Source: Lama glama (taxonomy: Eukaryota). From it: a DNA stretch of 64,000 nt. Below, one piece after another: positions 39,520 through 52,790 of this stretch (positions within the stretch are counted from its first letter, which is position 1; the number at the start of each line of letters is the position of its first letter). The notes under the pieces were generated by a model. The model was not told where the DNA came from, searched no databases, and was given only the letters and a program-made list of their open reading frames with translations. The DNA lies in contig CM052817.1 of NCBI GenBank assembly GCA_028534125.1, positions 43,774,001-43,838,000 of the forward strand. The letters are read 5' to 3'. A program made the position numbers and the translations under genes.

Positions 39520-39930
39520 ATTCATGGTACAAATATTTGTTGAGGTAGTTGTATCAGATAGCATTCTTGGTCATGAGACTATATTAGTGCACAAAACCAA
39601 AAATGCATTTACTCTAATAGGAGGAATTGAACACAAATCCACAAATAAAAAATGTAAGATGCCAGAAGTGATAAGCCCTAAAAAGAATATAAAAACACCA
39701 TAATAAGAAATCCAATGAATGGGAAGTAGAGGTTAGTATTTTATACAGGATGGTCACAGCAGGCTCTGTTTAGGTAATATATGAATGAGAACGTGAGTCG
39801 GGCAAATAAGCAAAGAGCACTACAGACAGATAGGGCAATGATTCCAAAGGCCTGAGAAGGAAGAACATTTAGTGCTTATGGGGAAGGGCAAGGAAGCCAC
39901 TATGGCTGGAGTAAAGGAAATGAAGGAGAG
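39520..39930 (-). mobile_element. L2 fragment
   Basis: caaatatttgttgag, caaaggcctgag, gcaaggaagccactatggctggag. Confidence 0.7.
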
Positions 39931-42149
39931 TAAGAGAACCAGCTGTAATACATCAATAATTCATCTATAATAATTATAATCATACCTAATCATCACTGGA
40001 GTCTTTCACACAGAAATAGTTTTTAAACCAATGGATGGGGGGGGCGGGTGGGGAGAATTGAAGGAAACCTCAAATTAGTTACCCTGCAAAAATTCCCTAT
40101 GTTTTAGCATTCATTTTTTCTTTATATAACCAAAGAATTCTAATTGTTTCAATAATGCAAGCAATACTCTGAAGTTCAGCATGTCGATCCATTAATTAAA
40201 AATCATTCACATTAGATTTCAGTAATTGTACATTCATTACTCTCAAATATGATACAACACCAACTTCCTTACAGAAAACAGTGGCCTACTCAATAGGTGT
40301 GAATACTCTTTGGACAAGTCTGCTGGAATATCCTATTGACAAGACTCCAACCGGAACACTGATGTCCAATTCCAAGAGCTTATGTGTTAAGAGGAATGCA
40401 CATCAGTGGGTCTAATTTTCTAATCATGTCCCTTTCCTGCCTACCTGCCAATAACTTGGTATGGTTAAAAGAAATTCAACTATTTCCACATATGCCGTAG
40501 TACCTACTATGGGTTAATATGCCTAACAGAAAATTGATTCCATTAAGCCAAGATATTTTTCATATCAGCATTTTTTGTTTAGTAAGTGCTAAATAATAAC
40601 ATTGGGAATAAAGAAAATAAAAAAATCAATAAAATACATATTAGAGATGAAAGAATTTCAGAGGGCATTTATTTTGGGGAGAAAAAAGCTAGTTGACAAA
40701 GCAAAATAAAGCCCAGTTTTTTCCAAGAAATTGTTAAAAGCAAGTTTCAAATGTCCTTTTTTAATGAGATAAAAAAGAAATACTACGAAAACAAGCCAAA
40801 TGTGCATTTGAAAAATAGAGAACTTGCCTATAGTTACGTAAGCAATTAAAACAAATAAAACTAAACATGCTGCAAAATGTGCACATTCAATCCAGCCAAG
40901 ATGGTTACACCCACTCCCATTAGAAAAACAAAATGTAAGACAAAATGGGAAACTAATGAGCTCAGCTGCAGGGGCTTGTTTGTTTTTTAATTCCATCCAT
41001 TTGCTCAAAACGTAATTTCTATTTTACCCTTATGTCTCTTGTCGGCTATAAGGGGAATCAAATGTTCCTGAACAAGAATCTGAATAAGCTCTGAAAACGC
41101 ATAATACAAGCTTCATTTGTTCTAATGCATATCTGGTGTGTTCTGTTTTAACATTTTTGACAGGTTAATCCTTTGTCTTCATGTTTAAAGAACACAAATG
41201 TTTTTTGCCAGTGCTGTTGAACAGATCATGTTGGGGTGAAAAGAAAAAGTTATAGAGGAGGAAGGCATGTCTGTTTTTCCAAGACGCTTTGTTAAGTAAA
41301 TGGAGGAGGAAACATACCTAGGTAACTTGACCATGGAATACAGATGCTATGATTCATTATGAAAGTAGAAACAAAGCCCACTAATAAAAATAAACATTTT
41401 AAAGGGAAATTCTTCTTATCTGAAATAAAGAAGTAAGTTATTTGAAAACCTTTCAGACTAAAAATAATAATCCCAAATTTTGCAGAAAAAACGGTGATAA
41501 AAACATCTCAACACTAAAGAAAATTGAGGCCAAGAGAGTTATAAAGAATGGATAAAGTAACAAAGGTGACAAAACTAGTTTCTGTGAAAAACCAGTTCAC
41601 CATGCAAAGCAAGGCACTAGCTAAAAACAGATATATTCAGTATTCAGTTTCAGTTTTAATTGACTATATTTAGTATTGTTTGGTTTTGTTGAGCTTGAAT
41701 TTAATTAGAAAAAAATTACGAGAATTATTTTCAAATTTAATTGCAATTCTGGTTTAATTTTTTTAAATAATGTTCAATTTCAGGTCTTACTTAGGAAAAG
41801 AATGTAAGTCTGATTCCATGAAAACAAATACTACTATAATCCAAGTGCCTAATAAAAAGTGCCAAACCTCGGTCCAATATCCCATAAGGATGTGTTATTC
41901 AATGCAGACTACCAAAAATAAACAAAACTCTAGTACCACAAAAGAATTGGAGAGTACATTTGAATTTGTTTACAGTATAGAACATGATCTATAATTCAGA
42001 TGAGCATTAGTGGCTATCATGCATGAATTTTAGCAGGATGTTTTTTAGTTTAACTAGAGTTAAAATTTGAAGACTAATCTACTAAAACAGTGTTAAAATA
42101 TTTGCTCTATTTACACTATAAAACTTTATTTGAAATAACATCTACCTAC

Positions 42150-43060
42150 AGCAGATATCCAGCTCCATCTAAAAGAAACTGTGTCTCCAAATGGACTTAT
42201 TTTTCCTCCCAAATCTACTCCCTGCTTCCATAAATGATATCAGTTTATTAGGAGATGCCTAGGCTTAATCTCAGCATCATTTGATACTTCCCTTTCTCTC
42301 TCTCAACCTGTCCACTCCTAACTACTTAGTGCAAAGTCCTACTATCTTTGACAACTGTCCTTTTCACTTCAGTCTCATTATGAAGACTTTAGTTTAAACA
42401 TTATCTTTATTAGTCTCTGGCGATTGCACCTGAACTGGTCTCCTGATCTCTAGTTTTGATTCATGCCAATGCATCTTACAAACTTTTGCTAGATTAAAGC
42501 TCTAAAGAATTTCCCACCTTAAAAATTTCTAAGAGATTCTTGCTGAATATAGAATAAAAGTACAAGTTTTTTAGGACCTTTTTCCAAGATCTTGCTAAAT
42601 ATGGTATCAATCTACCTAACATATTCTCTCATTTCAACATAGAAGTACCATTCACTAGAGCTAAAGAGAACTAACTGATATTTCTGGAATGGGGCCTATA
42701 ATTTCTGACTTTACTTCAGTGTATATGATTAACAGATTCTTTCTACTTAAAATTATACTCCCCTTAATCCATTCATCAGATTATTCATGGTACAGTTTAC
42801 ATGTCACCTCCTTCAGGATGCCTTCTCTGATTTCCCCACCATGTAAATCCCTCCTCTGTTGAACATCTACAGTGCCCTGTAAATTTATCATATAACACTT
42901 CATACTTTATAACAAGGCTATTTATGGAGCAAACTTAATTCTCTTACTAGGTTTCATAAGGGGGGAAATACCCAGAGGGGAAAGCTGCTTAAGGGAAATA
43001 ACTACAGAGCCACACACTGTAAGCACTCATGTATATATGCTGATTGCTGACATAAATGAG
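42150..43060 (+). mobile_element. Degraded L2 3' region
   Basis: aactggtctcctg, atgtcacctccttcaggatgccttctctga, gtaagcactca. Confidence 0.65.
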
Positions 43061-43386
43061 CATACACACTATATTGATAAAGAGGTATGGAATAGTATGA
43101 TGATAACATACCTAGTGAGTACTATGTCCCAGTAATTTAAAAGTAGACTATGGCCTAAATTTAAAGAATTGTATTATACAATAGGATTTCAAATTATATT
43201 AAATCACCAACATTAATGCCAAAGGAAAAAGAATCAAACCCACATGTTCTTAGATAATATAAAACTCAAATGCCAGGACATATTATTTATTCTACATAGA
43301 TATTAGCAGATTTGTTTTCTAACTAAACATATATATTAGAAAGTTGTTGATAGCATACTGACATAGTAAAGAAAATTCTCCCTTAC

Positions 43387-43498
43387 TTCGAGTAAACTTA
43401 GGAAATCTTTTTTTCAGTTTCTTCTTTAATGGATTAAGCTCGGGCATTATTTCTGGAACAGCTACATAAAAGTCTGGTTGAATTTCATCATCTAAAAT
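43387..43498 (-). CDS. MRPL1: MRPL1 coding exon (exon 6), 112 bp
   Basis: Acceptor gattttcag|, donor GAA|gtaagg. Encodes [37 protein letters not shown] plus 1 nt. Confidence 0.97.
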
Positions 43499-44459
43499 CT
43501 GAAAATCGGGGGAAAAAAGATAATCTTAGATTATATAAAAATCTTCATCCTTCTGAAAATAAAGTATAATATAGCAATTTCCCTTATAATTTAGAAAATA
43601 GACATTAAGCACAATTTTTTCTTCACACACATGGATCATATGAACACATCTGCCAATTATGAAAACCATCAGAAGCAGCAAAACATTTTCTGACGTTTTC
43701 CTTTAAATATAGCCACATTCATTTAAAAAAAAGCATTTATTAAGTTTAATTCTTCCATAAGGTTATGTTAGGCAAAAGTGCTACAAGCTAAAACATAGCA
43801 CTGATATATATATGGCTCATACAATCCCACAAAGTTGAATTCGTACGTCCATTAAGACTGAAGAAACACACTGAAAATTTTGCAATGGATCACTTATAAA
43901 ATTAATAACACTAGCTGTCAAACCACTAGCAAATACACTGCCTTCCTAAATATAGATCATTAAGAGAACTGAATCTATAATTATTTTCACAAAGAACTGA
44001 AACAAAAATTCTCTTTGCCTCTAATAACTAAAAATAAAGTAAGAGTGGGATGGTCAAAGACAAGCTTACTTGTATTTTATTATCCATACTCTCATTTCAT
44101 TTTGAAAGCAAAGAGAATAACTTCAATTTTTAAAAGACATTTTAAATTAATCCAGGCACCCCCAAATAATTCTTGTACTACTACAGTACACTCCATTTAA
44201 AAATTTAGTTCATTATAAAATGAAGCAACTTTTTAGAACAATATTACCTAGCAACAAATATTTAGCAAGGACTCTTTTTGCATAAAATCTTACCACAATA
44301 TGTCATCCACAGTCTTGGTTTGGGGTTACACAGTGAACGCTAAAAACTTGAACTCTGGCAAAATTAAGCAGTGATTGTGGAATTTTATCTTTCTGTTATT
44401 ATTCTCTCTTTTTACAAGTTCTTTACTCCCTAAATAACATACTCCACTCCCTTGAACAA

Positions 44460-44700
44460 TAACTTACATTAAACAAGCACTAATCACATGCCAAGGATTC
44501 TGCTAAATACGTTACATAGTTTAGTTCATCAAGTCTTCACAATAACCAAAAGAGGGAACAGTACTAATATTGATTACATGTGCCAGATGAGGAAATTGAG
44601 GACTTGGGGAAGATGAGTCAGTCTGTGCACTTTTAAGAGGCACACCCAAAATTCAAATACAGGCAGTATGGTTTCAGAACCAGAGCTCTCATCACTAAAA
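44460..44700 (-). mobile_element. MIR
   Basis: atgccaagg..tctgctaaa, tcttcacaataacc, cagatgaggaaattgagg, attcaaatacaggcagt. Confidence 0.75.
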
Positions 44701-46760
44701 ATATGAAAGCAGAGGCAATTCTGAAATGACAAAGAACTGTACGTGAAATTTCTACTCTAAGATCTTCCAATGCTGATTCTAAAACATGTTCCTTTGAATT
44801 AAATTAAAAATTATGTTTGAAAGTTATGCTATAGTTAACCTTAAGACTATTATCACAGAATACCAAACTATATAGATGGAAATCATGCTTTAGAGAGACA
44901 AGTAAAAATGAAACTATTTTAAAATCCCTTAGAACCAAGCATACTTCTGATATTTCACAAGTATTGTAATCAAAGCAAAATGAATTTAGTAAATAAAAGT
45001 CTTACCTAAGAAATGGCTAAAAGTTCAGTAAATTCATCCTACGTTTACCTATTATAAGCACTAAGTAAAATTTAAAAACTAAGTATTTAAACTAATTAAA
45101 AATACAGAAATATGTTTTAAAAAATTGCAGCCATGATACTATTTACAAAACTGTACTGAATTTACTTCACAACCTGAATACCTTTTAAACACAAAACGGA
45201 TGAATTTTAAGATACCAGGGGATAATCTACAAGAATATACTGGTTTTGATGCCTTATAAAGGTGGCATTTTTCCCTCTAATAATAGATTAACACTTGGGC
45301 ACCTAAAGAGAAATTCTGTTCCTGTAATATTTTATTTACCAAATAATTCAAAATATACTTGGTTTCCTTATTTGGGTTACTTTCTCAAATATGTTTTTGT
45401 TTAATGGATTTAATGCTGCAGAACACTTTCTGCTCCCTTACCATTTCTTTCTTGAGAAGTAACTTCTTACTGAGCATTTAAGGAGTGGAGGTATCTATTT
45501 AAACTCTACTGCTGCTATGACAGTTCTATATGATACTCTTAGGCTTGCGGGAAAAAAACAGATGGAAAGCAGCATACAAGTTTAATAAGAATGGCTAGTT
45601 CTCTGATTTCAAAGATCAAGCTCCACTCTCAAATTCCAAAGAATCTGTGGTTTTGTTTATTTTTTTAATAATTTAAAGAATTTTAATAATCTTATTAAAT
45701 TAAAATGTATGATACGCCAGAAAGTACTGGGTAACACCCTGTGACTTTCACCTAGAATCTCTATGAAAGCATAATCTCTTCATATTTTCCATTACTTCTG
45801 CTCCCCAAAATAATTCTGGAAATTCTCCTTAAAAATCCAGAATTCACACCAAATTTAGACTACTACTTGGATAGAAAAAAACAAACTACAAGCACTGATG
45901 CATGTGCATCCCAAAAGAAGGGTCGAGTTAAAACTTCCCCCAAATCAAAATCTGAATATGGGACAAAAGATAAACTTTCAAATCACTTTCTCCTGTTCTA
46001 AAAACAAAAAAGAAAAGTATTACAGAGTCTAAATGATTAAATTTAGAAGAGAAGATTAGAATGTTACGGAAAATCTTTTGTATTTTCAGAATAACTCCCA
46101 AAGTTCAACAGATGTGCCTCTTCTTCCACCTCTTAAAAAAAAAAAAATGCTGTCTTTGTTGCAAACAGGCTCCACAAATTCTCTCCTACTTTCTCAAGAC
46201 AGGCTATATGATCATTTTTTGCCTCCATGCTGAGCCTACACCACTTGAACCAATGGGGCTGGGGGGTGCGGGTGATAAAGTTAAAAGTAACCAAAAAAAA
46301 CATATTATAGAGGTCAGATACTATCCTTTGTGACTAAAGCAAATCACACTTTTCACTCCCAGAAATCAAAACTAGTATTTGATCTTCAAACTATGAATAA
46401 AGATATCCACATGTGCTACCTTTTAGATTTTATCTTGAATCTCACATTCAAAACCACAGAGTCATATCGCCCTTTCCGGCCTACCCACGAAACTCTAGGA
46501 AACACATAGGAAGCAAGGGGAAAAAAAAAAATCACAGTATAAATCAAGCATACTTAATGCCAGACTGTCTGGATAGTTTTCTCTTAGCTTGATTTTGAGA
46601 CTCAAAAGAGTAGGAAAATTTTCCCGTTTTGTAAAGCTCTACCTAACCATTTATCAAAAGATATGAGTACAGTGGTTATGTCCCACATGTAATAAATCAA
46701 TGGGTGACAAAGATAACGGAACAATTTCTGTAACTAATGAACACAAAAACAACACTGTAC

Positions 46761-46832
46761 CTTCTGAATCAGATTAGTTCCTCCTGCAAACGCAGCTCCA
46801 TTTTCTTCTGCTATTTTAATCTCTGATGCATT
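46761..46832 (-). CDS. MRPL1: MRPL1 coding exon (exon 5), 72 bp
   Basis: Acceptor ttttggtag|, donor AAG|gtacag. Encodes [24 protein letters not shown], including the ribosomal L1-family GA..xGG motif. Confidence 0.97.
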
Positions 46833-47161
46833 CTACCAAAATAAAATATTTTGAACATCAATCCTTAAACAAATTCTGCCTGCTTTCAAGCATTTTGTCA
46901 CAAATAACACGACAGTTCAAAGTAAAAACTGTGTTTTTTACTTTTAAATAAAAAATGCATCAATTTTCAACCAGATGCATCAGAGATATTACAACCAGAA
47001 CAAGTTTAGTTTGTAAGTGACTAAGGTGTTTCTTAACTAATATATGAGGAAATACATCAAAATGGCATATTAGGAACACATCAAATAGTTCAATTTAAGT
47101 CTCCAATGCCATCAATATATCATATTGCAAAAGTAAAAAATTAAAATATATTTAGGTTTTG

Positions 47162-47326
47162 TTTTTTTTTCTTATTTCTTATTGAAGTGCAGTCGATTTA
47201 CAAACATTAGTTTCAGGTGTACAGCAAAGCTACTCAGTTACACACACACATACATACACATACATTTTTCAGTTTCTTTTCCATTACAGCTCATTATAAG
47301 AAACTGGATACAGTTCCTTGTGCTAT
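47162..47326 (-). mobile_element. Short L1 3' end with TSD
   Basis: attgaagtgcagtcgattta..gtttcaggtgtacagcaaag..tacagttccttgtgctata; TSD about atatttaggttttg / atatttagttttg. Confidence 0.85.
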
Positions 47327-48119
47327 AAAAATATTTAGTTTTGCTAATTTAAATGAAGACATTTTATCAAACCAATATAGAAGAGTAAAAATTTTTAAGA
47401 AATGACAGAAACAAAATTTAGCTTGTTATCTGAAAATTCAAAAAAAAATACACGGTATTAGTGTTTTTTCTATATGTTCCATTTATGCCATTTGGTTTTA
47501 CTGTGAAAATATATCACTCCTTTAGTTACTCAAGTTCTGTGTGGCATCTCAAGAGCTATATTCTCTACTTTTCCTGGAAAAATGAATCTCTTCATTAAAA
47601 GTGAGGTGGATGAAGAATAGTCAGAAACTTCAATAAACAAACTCATAAACACGTTGTAAACAAATGTTTAAGACAAAACAAATGACAAAGAGCTGTTTCA
47701 CTATATTTGTTATAGCCTGGACTTTCCTGACTACAGACTAGACATTTTTAAAAGTGTGGTTTCTGTGTCTTCACAGCACTAAGTTGGCCCATTGCTTTTA
47801 AGTTAATTTTATTATTGTTGTTTGAAGAGAAGAGTATGAGCAGCTAGTAGGATAAATCCTATACTTCTCTTCAGTTTCTGAGAAACATAATGTGGTAGAT
47901 GTATAATGACGAAGTTAATGTTGTGACTGAGCTCTCTCTCAAACTAATGACATAAACTCAAATAAGTCATCAAATAGCTTTGAGCTTCACATGGAGAATG
48001 TAAGACTAGGGGAATGCTAGGGTTTTCTCTAACTTTACTCATTCAGTTATTCTAATCACTTATTAATGTCGTATGTAAAAAAAAATTAATGATATAAAAA
48101 GTTTACAGCAGTTACTCAC

Positions 48120-48203
48120 CCCTGTAAATACAGCAACTTTATTGACTTCTGAAATGAATGGGTATGGAAAACTAAGAACACTGGCAAATGGCTCCACTTT
48201 TTT
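48120..48203 (-). CDS. MRPL1: MRPL1 coding exon (exon 4), 84 bp
   Basis: Acceptor gtgtatttag|, donor GGG|gtgagt. Encodes [28 protein letters not shown], phase 0/0. Confidence 0.97.
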
Positions 48204-49499
48204 CTAAATACACAACAATGGAAAAACAATTATGAAAAATTCATCTTTTCTCTATCTCTCACATCTATATAAAACTGACATGCTTTGTTTTTAATGTTTT
48301 CATTCTACCATACATCCTCTCATGAATCCAGAACTATTCACTGATTACAATTTAAGGCATAAGAGATTATATTTCTTTTATAAGAAACCATAATAAAAAT
48401 CTAAATCTCTCTTCTCAGCTCCACAGTCCCATGGCCCTTGGCTTCTATCTCTACATCATTCATCACCGTCTCTCCTATGTTAAGAGATGTGTTTGCATAC
48501 CCCTATCTTCCCCAGCACCCAATACAATGCTTACCACATGACAGATGCCAATAAATGCTTGCTACCTAGAACTAAATTCAAAAGAACATGTAATTTCTTC
48601 ACACCATCAAGGAGGATATGAATAGAGCTATGAATACTGAACAATATCCAGCGGATCTGCTTAGTAGGTCACTCGGATCTCCATCATTGGCTTTAACAAT
48701 CAGATAAATCAGATGATATTAACCAGAAATTCAAGACAGTTTGCCAAGCCAGAAAGGCTCTTCCAAGTAATCTATTTTAAAACAACCTGCACCACCCACT
48801 ACTTTCAGATATCTGAAAGTCCCAAATAAACAATGGCACATACTTGAGGCACCCTAATACAGGCAGAGTTTCTACAGGGCCTCAGAACTAATTTGTTCAG
48901 TCATTTGGTCAAGGACCTGTCTAGGCCTGTGCCTCAGAGCTCTTAGGGAGACTTTACAGGAAAACAAATTCTAGGCCCATAGTTTTGGTGCAGCCTTAAG
49001 ATCTGGAAGAAAGAGAAAAGGAATTATTCCCTAATTAAAACTGATAGAAAGATTATACTTTTACAAAATCTTTGTTTTGAGTGGAGATAACCCTGCAAGG
49101 ATTTCTTTTCAGACAAAAAGGCACTAACTCTTAAGCACAGTTTATATCAGACGTGCAACTCAGTTTTATTGACTGGCATTCCTTTGCCATTAACATGTCA
49201 CAACTAGCTTCAGTAAATTTTCCAATGGCAAGCAATCACAACAATAGCATCCCCCGGGGGAATAATGGCTTGTTTTACAAGCACTCTATCAAGAACAAAA
49301 AATGTCTTAGGAAGACAACAGAACCTTTGCAATGCCATTAGTTTACAAGTGGCTTTCATTTCTGAAATGAACCCTACAGCTGGTTAACTGAGAAAGTGTT
49401 CATCTCGGACACTACAACATTTTAAAATAAAAGAACTAATAGTAACATTATGGTATAAAATAAAATTATAATAGAGCTAATATAAACTATTTCTAATAA

Positions 49500-49930
49500 A
49501 TAAGAACTAAGAAATGAGACAGACAGTTAGGTTCAAACCCTAACTCTACCCCACTGTTCTTGAGCAAGTTACTTCATTTTCTGTGTCTCAGCTTCCTCTT
49601 CTGAGATTATTATAGGATTAAATGAGAAAATGCATGCAAAGCATGTAGCATTGCTGCTGATAAACAGAAGTTTCCAGTAAATGTTATCTGTTATTATTTA
49701 ACACCAAATCCTTTACTGTTATCTCATTTAATCCTGAATATAATCATATAAACTAATAAGAATTTTTAACTCCCTTTATAAATAAAGAGGTGAAAAAACT
49801 GAGGTTTGGAGAGGTTAAATCAGAAGCTCAAAGTCAAAGAGCAAGTAAACGGTGATGTCAGGATTCCAGCCTGTACTGTAACCTGACTCCAAAGCCTATG
49901 CTCTTAAGCACTGTGTGGTACTGCCTCCTC
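49500..49930. mobile_element. Two MIRs tail-to-tail (plus about 49500-49700, minus about 49705-49930)
   Basis: ttgagcaagttactt..ctcagcttcctc..ggattaaatgag; then atctcatttaatcct..aaactgagg..gagaggttaa..ctgactccaaagcc. Confidence 0.75.
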
Positions 49931-49950
49931 CTGTGCTCAATTACTGTTAC

Positions 49951-50093
49951 GGAGGGGAGGGTATAACTCAGTGGTAGAACACGTGCTTAGCACGCAGGAG
50001 GTCCTGGGTTCAATCCCCAGTATAATTGTTAAAAAAAAACCAAAAACACCTAACTAACTTCCCCCACAAAATGAATAAATAAAACATAAAAAA
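49951..50093 (+). mobile_element. Full tRNA-Ala-derived camelid SINE (vic-1-like) with 14-bp TSD
   Basis: ggggagggtataactcagtggtagaacacgtgcttagcacgcaggaggtcctgggttcaatcccc (A and B boxes), A-rich tail, TSD tcaattactgttac (49937-49950) / tcaattacttttgc (50094-50107). Confidence 0.9.
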
Positions 50094-50802
50094 TCAATTA
50101 CTTTTGCCACTGAGGTTGTTAAATTGTATTCAAAAACATACATCTTCTAGTTTAACCCCAAAAAAGATACCCTCAGAATAAAAATTAATATATCATCACC
50201 AAGAAAATTAGATTTCTTAAGTGAGCAGCTTACAAAATTTAGCATAATGGACCTCAATTCTAATTTAGTGTTTCTCCTACTTTTAGAGCTTTATAAACAA
50301 GTCTTCCATGAAACTGCAATACATAAACAGACAAAACAGAAGAGTTCTGGTTGAAACGAGAGTAAGGGGCTTTGCACCCAACCCATACAAACTTAGTCTC
50401 AACTCAGGATTCTAAGGAACATATCTGAAGGCCACTGACCCAATCCAAAGCCTTCATTTACAGAGTAGGAATATCACACAGAGGCAGCTTAAGTCATTTT
50501 ACAAAGTTACGGTAATACTCCAATTAATTTTAACACTACTTTTGTTAAAATTTGTACCAGTGATTTTTCAGGTGAATAAGAGATTCAGGCATTGTATGTT
50601 CATCAGCTCTGCAGAATATTTTCAACATTTTATTTCATATTTGGAAAATGGAAAGACAGAAAAACATATTTTTCATCCTAAAGTACAAAAAGAGCATAAG
50701 ATTTCCTAAAAATTATTACGGGAGACAAGAATTTTTAAAATTAAGAAACAGCAATTCATTAAACCATTCACAGGTGAATTTATTTTAATCAAGTCTACAT
50801 AC

Positions 50803-51061
50803 CTTTTTCCCCAATGCCATATCCAGTGTCAAATCAAGATAAACGCCTTGCTTTGGATTAGTAAAGTCCAGAACCTGAAATTTCTTAAGTAAATGAATCG
50901 CTTTCTCCACCTCGTATATCTGCCTTGGGTATAAGCGTTTCAGGTAGACATCATCTTCAGGTTCACTTTCCATAAAGGGATATGACTTTATTTTTTCTAT
51001 CTCATCCTTTTTCTCATCTGATGCTTTTTCTTTGGCACCTTTTTTTGTTTTCTTTGCAGGC
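50803..51061 (-). CDS. MRPL1: MRPL1 coding exon (equivalent to human exon 3), 259 bp
   Basis: Acceptor ctttccttaag|G, donor AAG|gtatgt. Translates (K)[86 protein letters not shown], matching mammalian MRPL1. Overlaps track ORF 50785..50973. Confidence 0.97.
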
Positions 51062-51454
51062 CTTAAGGAAAGGTAAGTCCAAGATCAGTTATCTCAATAT
51101 GTAGTCCAAGAGACTTAAAAAAAAAACAAAAGGCACTGCACATCAGAAAAAAATGACAAAAGATAAAGTTTAATTTAAAAGCATTGATTACTTTACAGTT
51201 TTTCTAGTTCAACAAATATTAAGTGAACTCTTGTACTGTTTGCAGTTGATACAAAGTTGGATAAGGCAGTGCTCTCCAAAAACTTAGAGAAGAGAGACAT
51301 GTAAATAGATAATTTCAATATAATGTGGTAAGTACTATAAGACTGTTATCAGAACCATAGGGAAAAGACATTTAACCCATCCTAGGAGGCCAGGAAAGGG
51401 TTCTGAAAGAGATGACCCCAAAGTCAGTTCTTGAAGGATAAGGAAGAATAAGCC

Positions 51455-51950
51455 TAGATATGTACCCAAGACAAATGAAAATATATGACCATACCAAAAC
51501 TTGCACACAAATGTTCACAGCAGTATTAACTCAAAATAGCCAAAAGGTAAAACAACCCAGATGTCCATCAACTGATGAATGGATATATTAAATGTGTTAC
51601 TTATCCATACAGTGGAATATTTATCATCAATGAAAAGGAATGAAGTCCTGATACATGCTATAGTATGTATGAACCTTGAAAACGTGATGCTAAGTGAAAA
51701 AAGTCAATCACAAAAGACCACATATTGTATGGTTCCATACACAGGAAGTATCAAGAATGGACATATCAATAGAAACTGAAAGTAGTTTGTGGCTGTCTAG
51801 GTCTGGGGGAGAGGGTTAGGGAAATGGGGAGTGACTGCTTATGAGCATGGGGTTTTGAGGGAAGATAATGAAAATGTTCTAAAATTGACTGTGGTGATGG
51901 TTGCACAACTGTGAATATATTAAAAATCACATGATGAAGCATGATAAACA
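51455..51950 (+). mobile_element. L1MB 3' end
   Basis: Track ORF 51579..51779 (..MKRNEVLIHA..MNLENVMLSEKSQSQK); aaaatgttctaaaattgactgtggtgatggttgcacaact. Confidence 0.9.
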
Positions 51951-51995
51951 GAATCGTACACAAGGGGAGCTATTGTAAGTTCTAGCAGACTAGAG

Positions 51996-52319
51996 CAGAA
52001 GTTGGTAAACTTTTTCTGTAAGGGACCAGATAGCAAATACTCTATGGTCTCTTGTCTCAATAACTCATCTCTGCCATTGTAATGTGAAAGCAGCCATGGA
52101 CAATACAAAATGAATCAGTGTATCTGTGTTCTAACAAAACTTTACTTATGAAGACAAGTTTTATATTTTTAATAATTTATAATTTTCATATGTCACAAAT
52201 TACTGTTTTTTTCCCCCAATCACTTAAAAATGTAAAAACCATTCTTAGATCATGAAACATACAAAAATAGACAGCGGGCCTGATTTTTCGGCCCACTGGC
52301 CATATTTTGCTGACTTCTG
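51996..52319 (+). mobile_element. MER58B-like element
   Basis: cagaagttggtaaactttttctgtaagggaccagatag..ttttgctgacttctg; TSD-like gactagag / aactaaag. Confidence 0.85.
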
Positions 52320-52790
52320 AACTAAAGGGTAAAGCATAAGGTGGGAAACAGCAGAAGATGAGGCTGGAGAATCTAAATCACAGAAGGTCTCCTCTAGAGG
52401 CAATAAGAAGCCAATAAACAAGACTGGCATCTGTATTTCAAGTAGAGTATTCTGGGTGCAATATAAGGGATGGATATGAAGGAAGCTGGATTAGAGACAA
52501 TTAAGAGATAACTCCCTCCCTTTCTTCTCAAGGAGGTATGACAGCATGAACCAAAGCAGTGATGGCAATAGGCTGGAGAAATTGTAGAAATATTTTACAA
52601 GGTAAATATTGAACATAGGGAAAAGGTAAAGAGAAGACTCTAGAATACTTTGTAGGTTTCTGACTTGGGTGACTAGACATAGAGTTAGCATCATTAACTA
52701 AAATCAGAAATAAAGAAAGCAAAATGGGTTTTTTATTAGGGAGGTAGTCACAGAGATGAACTGGAGTTTGGGGCAATGTGGTGTTTGAGT

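Larger units (their letters stand above)
51200..52790 (-). mobile_element. L2 remnant interrupted by L1MB and MER58B
   Basis: ttcaacaaatattaagtg, ttcttgaaggataag; later gcatgaaccaaagcagtgatggca, ggtttctgacttgggtgact. Confidence 0.7.

Noticed and set aside
49954..50025. tRNA-Ala-like sequence
   Set aside because: It is the head of a SINE with A tail and TSD; the acceptor stem is not intact.
51040..51078. Strong plus-strand acceptor and donor (tttgcag|..aag|gtaagt) defining a 13-nt antisense micro-exon
   Set aside because: Arises from the Lys-rich codons and pyrimidine tract of MRPL1 exon 3; no other support for a plus-strand gene.
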